DNA of 64,000 nt from Gemmatimonadota bacterium (GCA_040389905.1 JAZJZK010000008.1:160001-224000); one strand, 5' to 3'. Shown: positions 39,206 through 49,068, numbered from the stretch's first letter. Notes: generated from the sequence alone by a model not told the origin. Numbers and translations are program-made.

Positions 39206-39557
39206 CGGGCGGCATCATGCAGCGCCGCCCTTCTTCGAGCAGCACGCGGAGGTCTGCCACCGTCACCGCCTTGAGCCGAACGAGCACCGCCGGAAAGCCA
39301 TTGTAGTGCGGCTCGGTGAAGAACTTGTCCGGCTCAGCGGCGATCATCAGATCCCGTTGTGCGACGTTCGCCACCCGAATGGCGAGCACTCCGGGATTCG
39401 GCACGCGCGGCTTCTTGAGCGTGACGCGCTCCATCCAGACCCACGCGTAGCCCTTGAGTTTTCCCTTGACGGGAACGGAAAACGCGAAGTGGTTCTCGCC
39501 TTCGACGGTGTCGGGGAGCGCGAGCGCAATTCGGCGTACGTCAGCTTGAGTGGCCAT
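39174..39557 (-). CDS. MmcQ/YjbR-family protein
   Basis: DVRRIALALP.TVE and FFTEPHYNGFPAVLVRL motifs. Confidence 0.85.
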   Translation of the reverse strand: MATQADVRRIALALPDTVEGENHFAFSVPVKGKLKGYAWVWMERVTLKKPRVPNPGVLAIRVANVAQRDLMIAAEPDKFFTEPHYNGFPAVLVRLKAVTVADLRVLLEEGRRCMMPPVSASTRRRSS

Positions 39558-39679
39558 GACGATGCAGTGTAAGAGATGCGTCCGCGATGCGGCACCAGCG
39601 CGGAGCCTTGCGGTTGGCTCGTGAACGGTCATCTTCGCGGCTTCGACTTCCAATTCCAAGGGACCCAAGAGGAGAGTGC

Positions 39680-40408
39680 ATGAAGAACCCGTTTGTCAGC
39701 CAGGTCGTACTGTACGCGTTCAATTTTGCTCCGCGAGGTTGGTCGCTCTGCGACGGCACCCTCATGACGCCGAGCCAGAACTATGCGTTGTTCGCAATCC
39801 TTGGAACGAGGTTCGGCGGGCAGGACGTCAGCAGCTTTGCGTTGCCCGACTACCGTGGCGCGGCACCCGCTGGGCTGACGTACTGCATCGCGCTCGAAGG
39901 CGCATTTCCGGCGCGGGACAGCATGCAGGGCGATCCGGTCGTCGGCGAGATCTCTCTATTGCCCACGAATTTCGTCCTCGCCGAAAACGTCGAATGCAAT
40001 GGTCAACTGCTCGAGCTCTGGACCTATGGGCCCTATCAGCGCCTGTTTTCAGTCGTGGGGACGCGCTTCGGCGGCGACGGCACGAAGAACTTCGGCGTGC
40101 CGAATCTCAAGGCGCTCGCGCCACAGGGATCTGCGTATTACATCGCGACCAAAGGCCCGATGCCCAAGCTTGTTGAGCCATTCATTGGTGAGGTGCGCAT
40201 CTTCCCCGGTATGGACGTCCCCAACGATTGGCTGCCGTGCAGTGGACAGACGCTGCCGATTCGCGGTCATCAGGAGCTGTATTCACTGATCGGCGACCGG
40301 TTCGGGGGTGACCAGACGCAATTCACACTACCCAATCTCAAACAACTCGCGCCCGCCGGCACGCAGTTCTGCATTGCGTCGGCGGGAGCGTATCCGCAGC
40401 GGGCGTAG
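39680..40408 (+). CDS. Single-chain protein of three tandem phage tail-collar (MdpB-like) domains
   Basis: Three ~80-aa repeats P..G/S.....F..P.GW..C.G......LF...G.RFGG....F.LP.........IA..G..P; SD GAGGAG. Confidence 0.88.
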   Translation: MKNPFVSQVVLYAFNFAPRGWSLCDGTLMTPSQNYALFAILGTRFGGQDVSSFALPDYRGAAPAGLTYCIALEGAFPARDSMQGDPVVGEISLLPTNFVLAENVECNGQLLELWTYGPYQRLFSVVGTRFGGDGTKNFGVPNLKALAPQGSAYYIATKGPMPKLVEPFIGEVRIFPGMDVPNDWLPCSGQTLPIRGHQELYSLIGDRFGGDQTQFTLPNLKQLAPAGTQFCIASAGAYPQRA

Positions 40409-40444
40409 TCGCCGAGGGCGAGTATGCATTTTTCAGCTCGACAA

Positions 40445-40489
40445 GAGCCTCACGCAGAGGTCGCAGAGAAAAGAAACAGCGAGAGGCTC
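40445..40489 (+). repeat. Degenerate family C half-element / hairpin between convergent genes
   Basis: CACGCAGAGGTCGCAGAG within GAGCCTC...GAGGCTC. Confidence 0.55.
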
Positions 40490-40523
40490 GTGCCGAGCCA
40501 AGGAATCCAGCGCCTGCGACCAC

Positions 40524-40976
40524 TCAACTGGCCGATGCTGCCCGTTCCAATTCGGCGATGTCGATCTTCCCCATCCCGAGCATCGCGTTCATGGCTCGGT
40601 TGGCCTTGTTGCGATCGGAATCCTGAAGCAGGGTCGGCAGGATCGACGGGATGATCTGCCAGGAGAGTCCGAAGCGATCCGTGAGCCATCCGCAGCGACT
40701 TTCCGCGCCGCCGTCGACGAGCTGGGACCAGAGCCGGTCGACTTCTTCCTGCGTCTCGCAGTTCACATAGAGGGAGACGGCGGGGGATAGCGCGTGGTGG
40801 GGACCACCGTTGAAAAGGATCAGCTGCTGCCCCTCGATTTCGAGCGTTGCGCTCATCAAGCCGTCCGGTCCGGGCGACGTACCCAGCACCTTCAAGGATG
40901 GGAACACCGTCGTGTAGAGCGTCACTGCCTCCTGAATCCGGCCATTGTACCACAGGAACGGGGTAATCTTGTGCAT
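40524..40976 (-). CDS. VOC family protein (PhnB / 3-demethylubiquinone-methyltransferase-like)
   Basis: KITPFLWY, NGGP, Q.EVD.LW..L and CGWL.DRFGLSWQI motifs. Confidence 0.9.
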   Translation of the reverse strand: MHKITPFLWYNGRIQEAVTLYTTVFPSLKVLGTSPGPDGLMSATLEIEGQQLILFNGGPHHALSPAVSLYVNCETQEEVDRLWSQLVDGGAESRCGWLTDRFGLSWQIIPSILPTLLQDSDRNKANRAMNAMLGMGKIDIAELERAASAS

Positions 40977-41214
40977 GGTTTTTCTCCGGGTAGTGGCACC
41001 GATGTAGTGCCTGTACACTGAGTCGGAGCCGATTCGGGAATCTCTACATCGGGGTTCTGGATGGACACGCGCCCGAGTGCCGTGGTAGTGTAGTAGTTGA
41101 AGGACAGGCAGTATCTGGACGGCCGATGGAGCGGAGGCGGGCAAAATCTTCGCAAGGTGCCGATGCTATGATGAAGTTGCCCTCGCCACTCGTGCCGCCG
41201 TCAAGTTTCGGACA

Positions 41215-43305
41215 ATGCCCTCACTCCTGACGATCCCAAGCGACCCCCTGGCGCGTTTTCGGTTGCTGGCGATCTGGTTCGCCGCGGCGATCGCGTTTGG
41301 TAATGTGGGTTTGTTCGTGCTGTCGCCGAGCGTGGAACAGCCCTTCCGCCTGGAAGGTGCGCTCGCGGCGGGGATGCTTGGGGTCTGGTGGCTGGCGGGC
41401 TATCGACGGGGCAGGTTTCCGATCAGCGGGTGGTTGGTGGACACGTTGCTGATGGTGCTTGTTGCGGCCTGGTCGCCCATGCCGCTTCATGCGATTGGCT
41501 TGTTCTACGCCGGTGTGCAGCTTCGCGCGCTGTATGTGCCGCGACAGGAATTCCCACTGCTCCCGCTCTCGTATGCCATTGCGCGCCTCGTCTCGATCGA
41601 AATCGGGCCCTACGACGCCGCTTTCGGAACATTCTCCGGTCCCGCAATGGTGCAGGTGGTGGGACTCGCCATTATCGCGCTCACCCTGCATCTCTTCGTG
41701 GAAGCGACGAGACAGCACGACCGTATCGAGCAGGAGCTCCATCACAGCGAGGAGCGCTATCGGCTGGTCGCCGGCGCGATGCACGATGTCGTGTACGATT
41801 GGGTCCCTGGAAGCGGCGTCATCGAGTGGACGGAATCGATGCAACACGTGTTCGGATTCCCGCCATCGGTCGTCGGCACCGACCCGGCATGGTGGTTCGG
41901 TCGCGTGCACCCCGAGGATAAGGAGCGGTTCGAGCGCGCGGCGATGACCGTGCTGGCGGATCCAGCGATCAATGTGAGTAGCGTCGGATACCGCGTGCGA
42001 CGAGCCGATGACAGCTACGCGCACGTGTCGGGCACGATGGTCATGCAACGCGACGCGAACGGCAGGGCGATTCGCGTGATCGGCTCGATTCGCGACGTCA
42101 CAACGGAGCGGCAGCTCGAGGAACAGCTGCGTCAGTCGCAGAAGATGGAAGCGGTTGGCCAGCTCGCGGGCGGTGTGGCGCACGATTTCAACAACCTGCT
42201 GACCGTGATCGGCGGGCATGTCTATCTGCTCGAACGTACCCTATCCCGCACAGACTTCACCGACAGGCACCTGGGCGGCATCACGCGGGCCGCGGAGCGA
42301 GCCGCCACGCTCACGAAACAGCTGCTCGCGTTCAGCCGCAAGCAGCTCCTCAAGCCCTCCGTCGTCAGCATGAACGCCGTGGTCGAGGATGTGCTCCAGA
42401 TGATGCGGCCGGTGATCGGTGAGCACATTCAGATCGTCACCCGCTTCGACCAGCAGCTCCGCCCCATCTTCGCCGATCAGGGGCAGTTGGGCCAGGTTCT
42501 GGTCAATCTCGCGCTGAATGCCCGTGACGCAATGCCCAGTGGGGGTACGCTGACGATCGAGACGGAAAATGTCGCGCTCGATGAACCGCCGGGTGATGCG
42601 TCATCGGGCCTGCCCGCGGGCGAGTACGTTCGCCTCTCGCTTCGAGATACCGGTTCCGGTATGGATGCGCAAACGCTCGGGCGGGCGTTCGAACCATTCT
42701 TCACCACCAAAGCGAAGGGGCTGGGCTCGGGGCTCGGCCTGGCCACCGTCTATGGAATCGTGAAGCAGTCCGCCGGTGACATTCGCGTGGCCAGCACCGT
42801 TGGTGAGGGCACGCAGTTCACCATTCTTCTCCCAGCCACGAAGGTGGTTTCCGCGGAGCACGAAGCTCGGCGAAGTTCGGGGACGTTCCTCCAACACCGT
42901 GAGAGCCGTCGAGGGGATATCCTCCTCGTCGAAGATGATGAAGGAGTGCGGGATTTTGCGCGCGAGGTCCTTGTTGGCGCTGGCTACGCGGTGCGGACGG
43001 CGTCGAACGGCGTCGATGCACTGCAGCAACTCGAGGCCAGCGAGTTTCCGATCGACGTCGTCGTGACGGACGTCGTGATGCCGGAGATGGGTGGACGACA
43101 GTTGGTCGAGCATCTGCGCCGGTGGCGCGCGGATCTCCCGGTCCTCTACATCACCGGGTACACGGACGATGCACGAATGCTCGGCGCCCTCTACGCGGCG
43201 GACGTTCGCCTGCTTGGGAAACCGTTTACCGCGCGCGCGCTCGTGCAGGCAGTTGAAGAAGTGGACGACGCGCGCGCGGCTTCAAACTCCGAAGCTACAC
43301 TTTAG
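41215..43305 (+). CDS. Membrane PAS hybrid histidine kinase (HisKA-HATPase-REC)
   Basis: N-terminal TM segments, PAS (VHPED), QKMEAVGQLAGGVAHDFNN, NARDAM, FFTTK, TDVVMP. Confidence 0.93.
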   Translation: MPSLLTIPSDPLARFRLLAIWFAAAIAFGNVGLFVLSPSVEQPFRLEGALAAGMLGVWWLAGYRRGRFPISGWLVDTLLMVLVAAWSPMPLHAIGLFYAGVQLRALYVPRQEFPLLPLSYAIARLVSIEIGPYDAAFGTFSGPAMVQVVGLAIIALTLHLFVEATRQHDRIEQELHHSEERYRLVAGAMHDVVYDWVPGSGVIEWTESMQHVFGFPPSVVGTDPAWWFGRVHPEDKERFERAAMTVLADPAINVSSVGYRVRRADDSYAHVSGTMVMQRDANGRAIRVIGSIRDVTTERQLEEQLRQSQKMEAVGQLAGGVAHDFNNLLTVIGGHVYLLERTLSRTDFTDRHLGGITRAAERAATLTKQLLAFSRKQLLKPSVVSMNAVVEDVLQMMRPVIGEHIQIVTRFDQQLRPIFADQGQLGQVLVNLALNARDAMPSGGTLTIETENVALDEPPGDASSGLPAGEYVRLSLRDTGSGMDAQTLGRAFEPFFTTKAKGLGSGLGLATVYGIVKQSAGDIRVASTVGEGTQFTILLPATKVVSAEHEARRSSGTFLQHRESRRGDILLVEDDEGVRDFAREVLVGAGYAVRTASNGVDALQQLEASEFPIDVVVTDVVMPEMGGRQLVEHLRRWRADLPVLYITGYTDDARMLGALYAADVRLLGKPFTARALVQAVEEVDDARAASNSEATL

Positions 43306-44223
43306 CAGGGTCAGTCCGAACCACCATTGGCCTTCGGCGGTCGCGATATTGAGCGAACCCCCGCGCATCCGCTGATAGAACTCCAGCAACGATGGTGTCG
43401 ACTCGATGCTCTCGGTGCCGCTGGCGCCAGCGTGTCCGCCCAGTTGCGCAAGGTGCAGGAACATCGAGCCACAGAGGACCGCGGCCAGGCGCCGGTTATA
43501 GCTGAAGCGGCTCGTGAGGGCAGTGATGGGAGCATCGTCGTGAGCCGCTACCAGGTGCTGGCAGGTAGCATCGTCCATTCCGAGGAACACCGATATTGCC
43601 GCGAGGTCGTACAAGGGATCATTCGGGCCGGCGGTGTCCCAATCCATCAGCATCAGATGCTCGCCGTCGTACGCGAGGTTGGTGGGATTGACGTCATTGT
43701 GGCTGAGGACGATGGGCCGATCGTTGACCGGTGCCTCCTCGGTCAGGATGCCGTTGACCGCGTCGCGCACGAACGCTGGCGGCGTCGACTTGGAGAGCGG
43801 CCCCGCCCACATGACCGCGAGGAATTCACGTGGATCCTTACCCTCGGCACCAGGAGGCAAGGGGAGGTCGTGCACGCGGCGTAGCGTTTGTCCAAGCAGC
43901 GTGAGCGCGGCCTCACGAGTCGCCGGGTTGCTGTAGAGGGCGGGAAACGATTGGTCGGTAACGAACGCCGTCACAACGGCGCGACGCGATTCGTCGACGT
44001 GGATGACGCGCGGTGCGACGCTCGCGTTACTTGCGAGTTGCTGGATCTGAACCTTGCTCCGCCACACGGACACGGGAATCTCCGCACTCGCAATCTTCAG
44101 TACGAACGTCTGACCGTTGGCTACGACGCGGAAGACCCCCGCACCGGAGAGTCCCGCGGCGATTTTCGTGATTGTGGCCGAGGGCCCGCGTAATTCCGCG
44201 GGCAAGCAGGCTTCGAGATTCAT
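43282..44223 (-). CDS. Aminoglycoside/choline phosphotransferase-family kinase
   Basis: GLSGAGVF, VLKI, HNDVNPTN, DWD and DPLYDLA motifs. Confidence 0.85.
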   Translation of the reverse strand: MNLEACLPAELRGPSATITKIAAGLSGAGVFRVVANGQTFVLKIASAEIPVSVWRSKVQIQQLASNASVAPRVIHVDESRRAVVTAFVTDQSFPALYSNPATREAALTLLGQTLRRVHDLPLPPGAEGKDPREFLAVMWAGPLSKSTPPAFVRDAVNGILTEEAPVNDRPIVLSHNDVNPTNLAYDGEHLMLMDWDTAGPNDPLYDLAAISVFLGMDDATCQHLVAAHDDAPITALTSRFSYNRRLAAVLCGSMFLHLAQLGGHAGASGTESIESTPSLLEFYQRMRGGSLNIATAEGQWWFGLTLLKCSFGV

Positions 44224-44237
44224 TCTCACAAAGGCGT

Positions 44238-44274
44238 AGGTGCAGGCCCTTCGCTGTGCTCAGGGCGACAAACG
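44238..44274 (+). repeat. REP-like singlet, family A
   Basis: AGGTGCAGGCCCTTCGCTGTGCTCAGGGCGACAAACG. Confidence 0.9.
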
Positions 44275-44279
44275 TGTTG

Positions 44280-44666
44280 CTATCGTCGGTGGGCCACGGA
44301 GTCTACGGGCGTCTGCACGAATTGACATACCGGCCGGCCAGCGATCGTTGCCGGCTGGTAATGCCAGCGCTGGTGTGTCTCGCGCGCCTCCGTCACAACA
44401 GCCGCGTCGGTTGCCCTCAGGACCTTGAAGCTATTCGGCATGACGACGCCGGCCGTGTCGATGACGAACTGAACGAGGTTGCGGGGATTGGGCACGCGTT
44501 TGGTCGGTTGCACGACAACACTCGAATCGACGATGAACCGTGCCGGGTTCTCGACCTGAAACTCGAAGAAGATCGACGGCGGGCACTCAGCACTCACGCG
44601 CTGTGCGGCAGCGTCGATCGGCGGGAGAAGAATTGCGGCGGCGATCAGCGATTTCGTCATGGTCAT
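44280..44666 (-). CDS. Small exported TonB C-terminal-domain-like protein
   Basis: Signal peptide; FFEFQVE, VQFVIDTAG..SFKVL and W.Y.PA..GRPV.Q.VQ motifs. Confidence 0.65.
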   Translation of the reverse strand: MTMTKSLIAAAILLPPIDAAAQRVSAECPPSIFFEFQVENPARFIVDSSVVVQPTKRVPNPRNLVQFVIDTAGVVMPNSFKVLRATDAAVVTEARETHQRWHYQPATIAGRPVCQFVQTPVDSVAHRR

Positions 44667-44855
44667 GCGAGCCTGTGAAGTGAGTCTCCCGAATTCAGCG
44701 AGGCATATGTGTTCACCTAAAGTTAACACCGACGCCCATTCCTGCGATCAATTGCACGCGGTGTTCCGCTGGGCGGAACTTACAGGTATAGTGTGGGAAG
44801 AATGCGTTTGCCGACGAGTATCGCGACGATGCATCGGACCCCAACTTGCCGATCA

Positions 44856-45362
44856 ATGATACCGCTCATTCGCAAGGCGCTCTGCGTACTCGGGCTGACA
44901 CTCGCCATCGGCGTACAGGTGCAGTCGCAACAAGTGCCTGCAGCGCCTCAGGCGCAGCCAACGCTTCCGCCTCTTCGTTCGATGGTGTTCCCAAAGGACA
45001 GCGGACGCTCGCGGAGTTTAGCGTCGAACCAGCGCTCGCTCGTGGACACGGCCACGGCGATTCTCAAGAAACTGGAAATTCACGAGTCGACACTCAAGCC
45101 GGGTGCGAACTCTCACGCGCCACACCGGCACGCGCATGAGGAAGTGATCGTGATGTACCAGGGCGACGTCGAGATTCTTCAGGGCGACCGCTGGCGCAAG
45201 GCGCACGGCGGCGATGTCGTGTTTCTCGCGTCGAACGAGTGGCACAACTTCACCAACATCGGCACGGTGGACGCGAAGTATCTCGTGATCAGAATCGATA
45301 CCAACGATCAGGGTAAGGACCTGCCATCGAATCCGCAGCCGACGCTGCCGCCGAAGCCGTGA
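44856..45362 (+). CDS. Exported cupin-domain protein
   Basis: Signal peptide; PG..SH.PH.H.HEE and GDVVFLASNEWH.FTN.G motifs. Confidence 0.85.
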   Translation: MIPLIRKALCVLGLTLAIGVQVQSQQVPAAPQAQPTLPPLRSMVFPKDSGRSRSLASNQRSLVDTATAILKKLEIHESTLKPGANSHAPHRHAHEEVIVMYQGDVEILQGDRWRKAHGGDVVFLASNEWHNFTNIGTVDAKYLVIRIDTNDQGKDLPSNPQPTLPPKP

Positions 45363-45386
45363 GACCCGCACAAACCCGTAAACATT

Positions 45387-45521
45387 AACCACAGAGGACA
45401 CGGAGGACAGCGTGATTCATTTGGCCCATCGAACTTGGCGCTGCTCTCGTGGAGCGCAAAACATGCGGTCCTCTGTGACCTCTGTGTCCTCTGTGGTTCT
45501 TTGCTGTTGCTGTTCCGCAGT
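45387..45521. repeat. Family C inverted-repeat element
   Basis: AACCACAGAGGACACGGAGG ... CCTCTGTGACCTCTGTGTCCTCTGTGGTT, followed by TGCTGTTGCTGTTCCGCAGT. Confidence 0.85.
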
Positions 45522-45560
45522 TTTCAGCGGTTTGAAACCGCTGCGTTTACGCGGTTGCAA

Positions 45561-45974
45561 TCAGGGAAATCGCGCAAGCGGCGATCGGTCGCCCACGAGC
45601 CAGATGTGCCCGAACGGATCGGTGAACCCACCCTGCCGGTGCACGCCCCACGGGGCTTCGTGATTTCGAATCAGGTCGCGGTTGTCATGCGCCCCTTCAG
45701 CGATTGCACGCGCGATAAAGCCATCGGGATCAGAGCAGAACACTTCGACGCGCGTCGTCGTCATGCCGAGCACCGACGGGGTGTCCCAGCCGTTCTTCGC
45801 CGGTTCGCCAACGAAGAACGGCGCGCCGTCGATTTCCAGTCCGGCAACTGAGCCGAGGCTCCAGAGTAGCCGCGCGCCGAGTGCGCGCTCGTACCACGCG
45901 ACCGCCGCAGGCCCGTCGGGAACCGCAAGCATCACTGAAATGACAACCTTTGGCGTAACATCCTTGTGAGACAC
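45561..45974 (-). CDS. VOC/glyoxalase family protein
   Basis: AVAWYERALGA, D....RA...GA and WG..RQGGFTDPFGHIW motifs. Confidence 0.85.
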   Translation of the reverse strand: MSHKDVTPKVVISVMLAVPDGPAAVAWYERALGARLLWSLGSVAGLEIDGAPFFVGEPAKNGWDTPSVLGMTTTRVEVFCSDPDGFIARAIAEGAHDNRDLIRNHEAPWGVHRQGGFTDPFGHIWLVGDRSPLARFP

Positions 45975-46007
45975 GATGGGCCTACCTGAGCGTGGTTAAC
46001 GCAAGAT

Positions 46008-46097
46008 TGTCACCCCGAGCGAGCGAAGTGAGTTGAGGGGTCTGCACCTCGTACACAGGCGGAAAGTGCAGATCCCTCGACTTCGCTCGGGATGACA
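46008..46097 (-). repeat. 90-nt REP doublet (REPIN-like), family B
   Basis: TGTCACCCCGAGCG...CGCTCGGGATGACA; its reverse complement matches 54157-54246 at 87/90. Confidence 0.93.
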
Positions 46098-46128
46098 GCG
46101 TACAGTCGCCAGTTTCAGCGAACATGTA

Positions 46129-46935
46129 CTACTCCGCGATCGCCGCCAGAGCCTTCGACACCCGAATCTCCGCCGTGTAACGCAACTCGGCGAAGCGCAC
46201 GAGCAGGTCTGCTTCCGTCACGCCGCGACGTTCGTCGCCGGACAAATCGGCGACGACCATGCCACGATGCATCATGATCGTCCGGTCGCCGAAACGCACC
46301 GCCTGCTCCATGCTGTGCGTCACCATGAGCGTCGTGAGCGAATGCGTTCGCACCAGGTGCTCGGTGACGAACATGATCTGCTCCGCCGCGCGCGGGTCGA
46401 GCGCGGCCGTGTGCTCGTCCAGCAACAGCAGCTTTGGTTTGCTGATCGTCGCCATGAGCAGCGTAATCGCTTGACGCTGTCCTCCAGACAGCGTGCCCAT
46501 TGACGCCTCCAGTCGGCCCTCGAGCCGCATGCCGAGCGACGCCAACCCTTCGCGATAACGCGTGAGTGACGCCTTGTCGAGTCCCACACGGAGACCACGC
46601 CGCATTCCGCGCAACTCGGCCATTCGCAGATTCTCCGCGACGGTCATCGACGGACACGTTCCCTTGAAGGGATCCTGGAACACGCGACCCAATAGTGCCG
46701 CGCGCTTGTGCTCAGGCCAGCGCGTGACGTCGGTGTCGCCGATGCGGATCACGCCGGCGTCAGGTGGATACGTGCCCGCGATGACGTTGAGGATGGTGGA
46801 CTTCCCCGAGCCATTGCTGCCGATCACCGTGAGGAACTGTCCGGCCGGGATGGTAAGGTCCACGCCACGCAGTGCGGGAACCCGCTCACCGCCCGGCTGC
46901 TCGAAGGTCTTTTCCAGCGAGGTAAGCGCGATCAT
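46129..46935 (-). CDS. ABC transporter ATP-binding protein (putative Trp/Tyr-type system)
   Basis: GSNGSGKST, VFQDP, LSGGQRQ and LLDEHTAALDP motifs. Confidence 0.93.
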   Translation of the reverse strand: MIALTSLEKTFEQPGGERVPALRGVDLTIPAGQFLTVIGSNGSGKSTILNVIAGTYPPDAGVIRIGDTDVTRWPEHKRAALLGRVFQDPFKGTCPSMTVAENLRMAELRGMRRGLRVGLDKASLTRYREGLASLGMRLEGRLEASMGTLSGGQRQAITLLMATISKPKLLLLDEHTAALDPRAAEQIMFVTEHLVRTHSLTTLMVTHSMEQAVRFGDRTIMMHRGMVVADLSGDERRGVTEADLLVRFAELRYTAEIRVSKALAAIAE

Positions 46936-48875
46936 CGGGATGCTCCTGCCCGGCGCCGGCCAAGGCCAAGGTTGGGAAGGGCCAACGTCGCAAGAACGAA
47001 CGCGGCGGTTGCGAGCTTGAGATCGACGGGATTGAGCCCGATGCGGAGCGCGACGGCGATGAGGGCGCGAAAGAGAATCGCCCCAAGTGCAACCATCATG
47101 ATCGTCGCGCCAAGGCGCCAGCGTCGAGGCTTGAGCGTCTCGCCGAGGATCACTGCCGCCATGCCGGCGACGAGGGTGCCGACGCCCATGCTCACATCAG
47201 CGAAGCCCTGGTATTGCGCGATCAGCGCGCCAGAAAAGGCAACGAGTCCATTCGCGAGCGCGAGCGCGAGCTCCACCATACCGCGCCGGTCCACGCCCTG
47301 CGCAATGATCATCGCCGGGTTGTCTCCCGCTGCACGCATGGCCGTGCCGAAATCGGTGCGGAGAAACCACGTGAAGACGAATCCGAGCACGAGCATGATC
47401 ACGAAGAAGACCGCGCCGAAGGAGATGTCATTCGACCAACCGTTCGTCGCCGGTACCATCGCGTGCAGTCTCGTTGCGACGGTTGCGAGGTCGAGCAGCG
47501 AAATGTTCGAGCGCCCCATCACGTGGAGGTTGACCGAGTACAACGCGGTCATCACGAGGATGCCGGCGAGCAGCTCCGTAACACGAAGTCGCGTGTGCAA
47601 TAGCCCCGTGACGTAGCCTGCGATCATCCCGACAAAAAATGCAACGACCGTCGCGACGAAGGGGTCCGTTCCGCGGACGATGAGCGTCGCAGCCACGGCG
47701 GCACCGAGTGGAAAGCTTCCATCCGGTGTGATGTCGGGGAAGCGAAGTACGCGGGACGAGATGTAGACGCCCCATGCGAGCGCCGCGAACGCGAGCCCGA
47801 GTACCAATGCGGAAAGCCAGAATTCCCACGGTGCCGCGTTGCGATTCGCGGCGGCCGTGGTCGATTTGGTGGACGCCACGCCAACGCTGTCCCGCTTGAC
47901 CGGTATGACTTTGGCTGCCCGTTCGATGATCTCCGCAGGAATCGTCACGCCGAAATCGGCCGCCGCGCCGAGATCGACGAACATCTGCGGATTCGCCACG
48001 ACACGGAATGGAATGCCCGCAGGACTCTCGCCGCGCAACACGCGAATCATGAGCAGTCCCTGCGCATACCCGTTCTCGAAGAAGCTGGCGCCGAGCGCGA
48101 TCGGTGCGCCGGGATATCCGGTGTTGGATCCGACGACTGGAATGCCAAGCGCGCGGGCCTGTTTGATCAGCGCGGGAAACCCGCCGCCGATCATGATGCT
48201 CGGGATTTGCATGATCCCGCCGACGCCCTGGGCGCGCAGCGCCTGGACCCCGGACGCGATGTCCTGTGGGCTCGTGCACGCCACCGCCACGAAGCGAATC
48301 TTCATCTGCTCCGCTTTTCGCTTCACGACGCCGAGGTAGTGTTCCGCGAATGGGTCGGCGGGGTCGAAGAGCGTGCCCCACACGACGGCCTTGGGGAATG
48401 CCGCAACGCCAACCGCAAGCGCCGAGTCCACCGGTTGGGGAATCTCGGCGCCGGTGACGTTCGGTCGATGCGCGGTGGGGCTCGTTCCCGCACTGATGAC
48501 GTACGGATTTGCCACCGCACCAAAGACGATCGGGCGGTCGGTGATGACCTTCATCGCGGTTTGGGTCGCCACGGAGGAAATCGTGGCAACCTGCGTCACG
48601 TTGAGTTGGAGAAACTCGCGCATGATGAGCGACAGCGTCGGGATGTCGCCCTGCGCGTTGCGTTCAACGTAGGTGACCGACACGTCGCGGATGTAGCCCG
48701 AGTCGGACAGTGCCTTGTAGAATCCTTCGCGCGCCTCGTCGAGTGGCGCGAGGGAGGACACTTGTACGACGCCAATGACTGGGCGATTGGCGTGGTCGTC
48801 GCCGCTGCAGCCCGAGAATATGGTGAGGGTCGCCGCGAGGAACAGCGGAGCGAGAGTGTTTTTCTGAAAGCGCAT
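46932..48875 (-). CDS. Fused ABC substrate-binding lipoprotein + permease
   Basis: Lipobox FSGC; NAQGD and PIVFGAV SBP motifs; then RVLRFPDITPDGSFPLG, LLAGIL.MTALYSVN, QYQGFADV.MG.G permease motifs in one frame. Confidence 0.88.
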   Translation of the reverse strand: MRFQKNTLAPLFLAATLTIFSGCSGDDHANRPVIGVVQVSSLAPLDEAREGFYKALSDSGYIRDVSVTYVERNAQGDIPTLSLIMREFLQLNVTQVATISSVATQTAMKVITDRPIVFGAVANPYVISAGTSPTAHRPNVTGAEIPQPVDSALAVGVAAFPKAVVWGTLFDPADPFAEHYLGVVKRKAEQMKIRFVAVACTSPQDIASGVQALRAQGVGGIMQIPSIMIGGGFPALIKQARALGIPVVGSNTGYPGAPIALGASFFENGYAQGLLMIRVLRGESPAGIPFRVVANPQMFVDLGAAADFGVTIPAEIIERAAKVIPVKRDSVGVASTKSTTAAANRNAAPWEFWLSALVLGLAFAALAWGVYISSRVLRFPDITPDGSFPLGAAVAATLIVRGTDPFVATVVAFFVGMIAGYVTGLLHTRLRVTELLAGILVMTALYSVNLHVMGRSNISLLDLATVATRLHAMVPATNGWSNDISFGAVFFVIMLVLGFVFTWFLRTDFGTAMRAAGDNPAMIIAQGVDRRGMVELALALANGLVAFSGALIAQYQGFADVSMGVGTLVAGMAAVILGETLKPRRWRLGATIMMVALGAILFRALIAVALRIGLNPVDLKLATAAFVLATLALPNLGLGRRRAGASR

Positions 48876-48932
48876 CCGGCGAATATGTACCAGTCGTCGC
48901 CGTTTGTCATTGAGGCACCCTACAATTGCACT

Positions 48933-49053
48933 GGCACATTGAACGCGGATTGAGCCGATGGAGGCGGATCACATCTGATGAATCACGACAAAATCACACG
49001 CCGTATCCGATCTTATCCGCTTCAGAATTCGCTCGATCCGCGTTCAATGTGCC
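48933..49053. repeat. Family D (CGGAT-periodic) inverted-repeat element
   Basis: GGCACATTGAACGCGGATTGAGC / GCTCGATCCGCGTTCAATGTGCC (23 bp, 1 mismatch) with an inner GAGGCGGAT/ATCCGCTTC pair. Confidence 0.85.
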
Positions 49054-49068
49054 GGCGGTACGACGCTT

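Noticed and set aside
39680..40408. Prophage or tailocin
   Set aside because: No capsid, tail tube/sheath, baseplate, integrase or lysis genes in the window
43282..44223. Bona fide aminoglycoside resistance gene
   Set aside because: Only the generic APH/choline-kinase fold motifs are visible; substrate cannot be inferred and there is no mobile context
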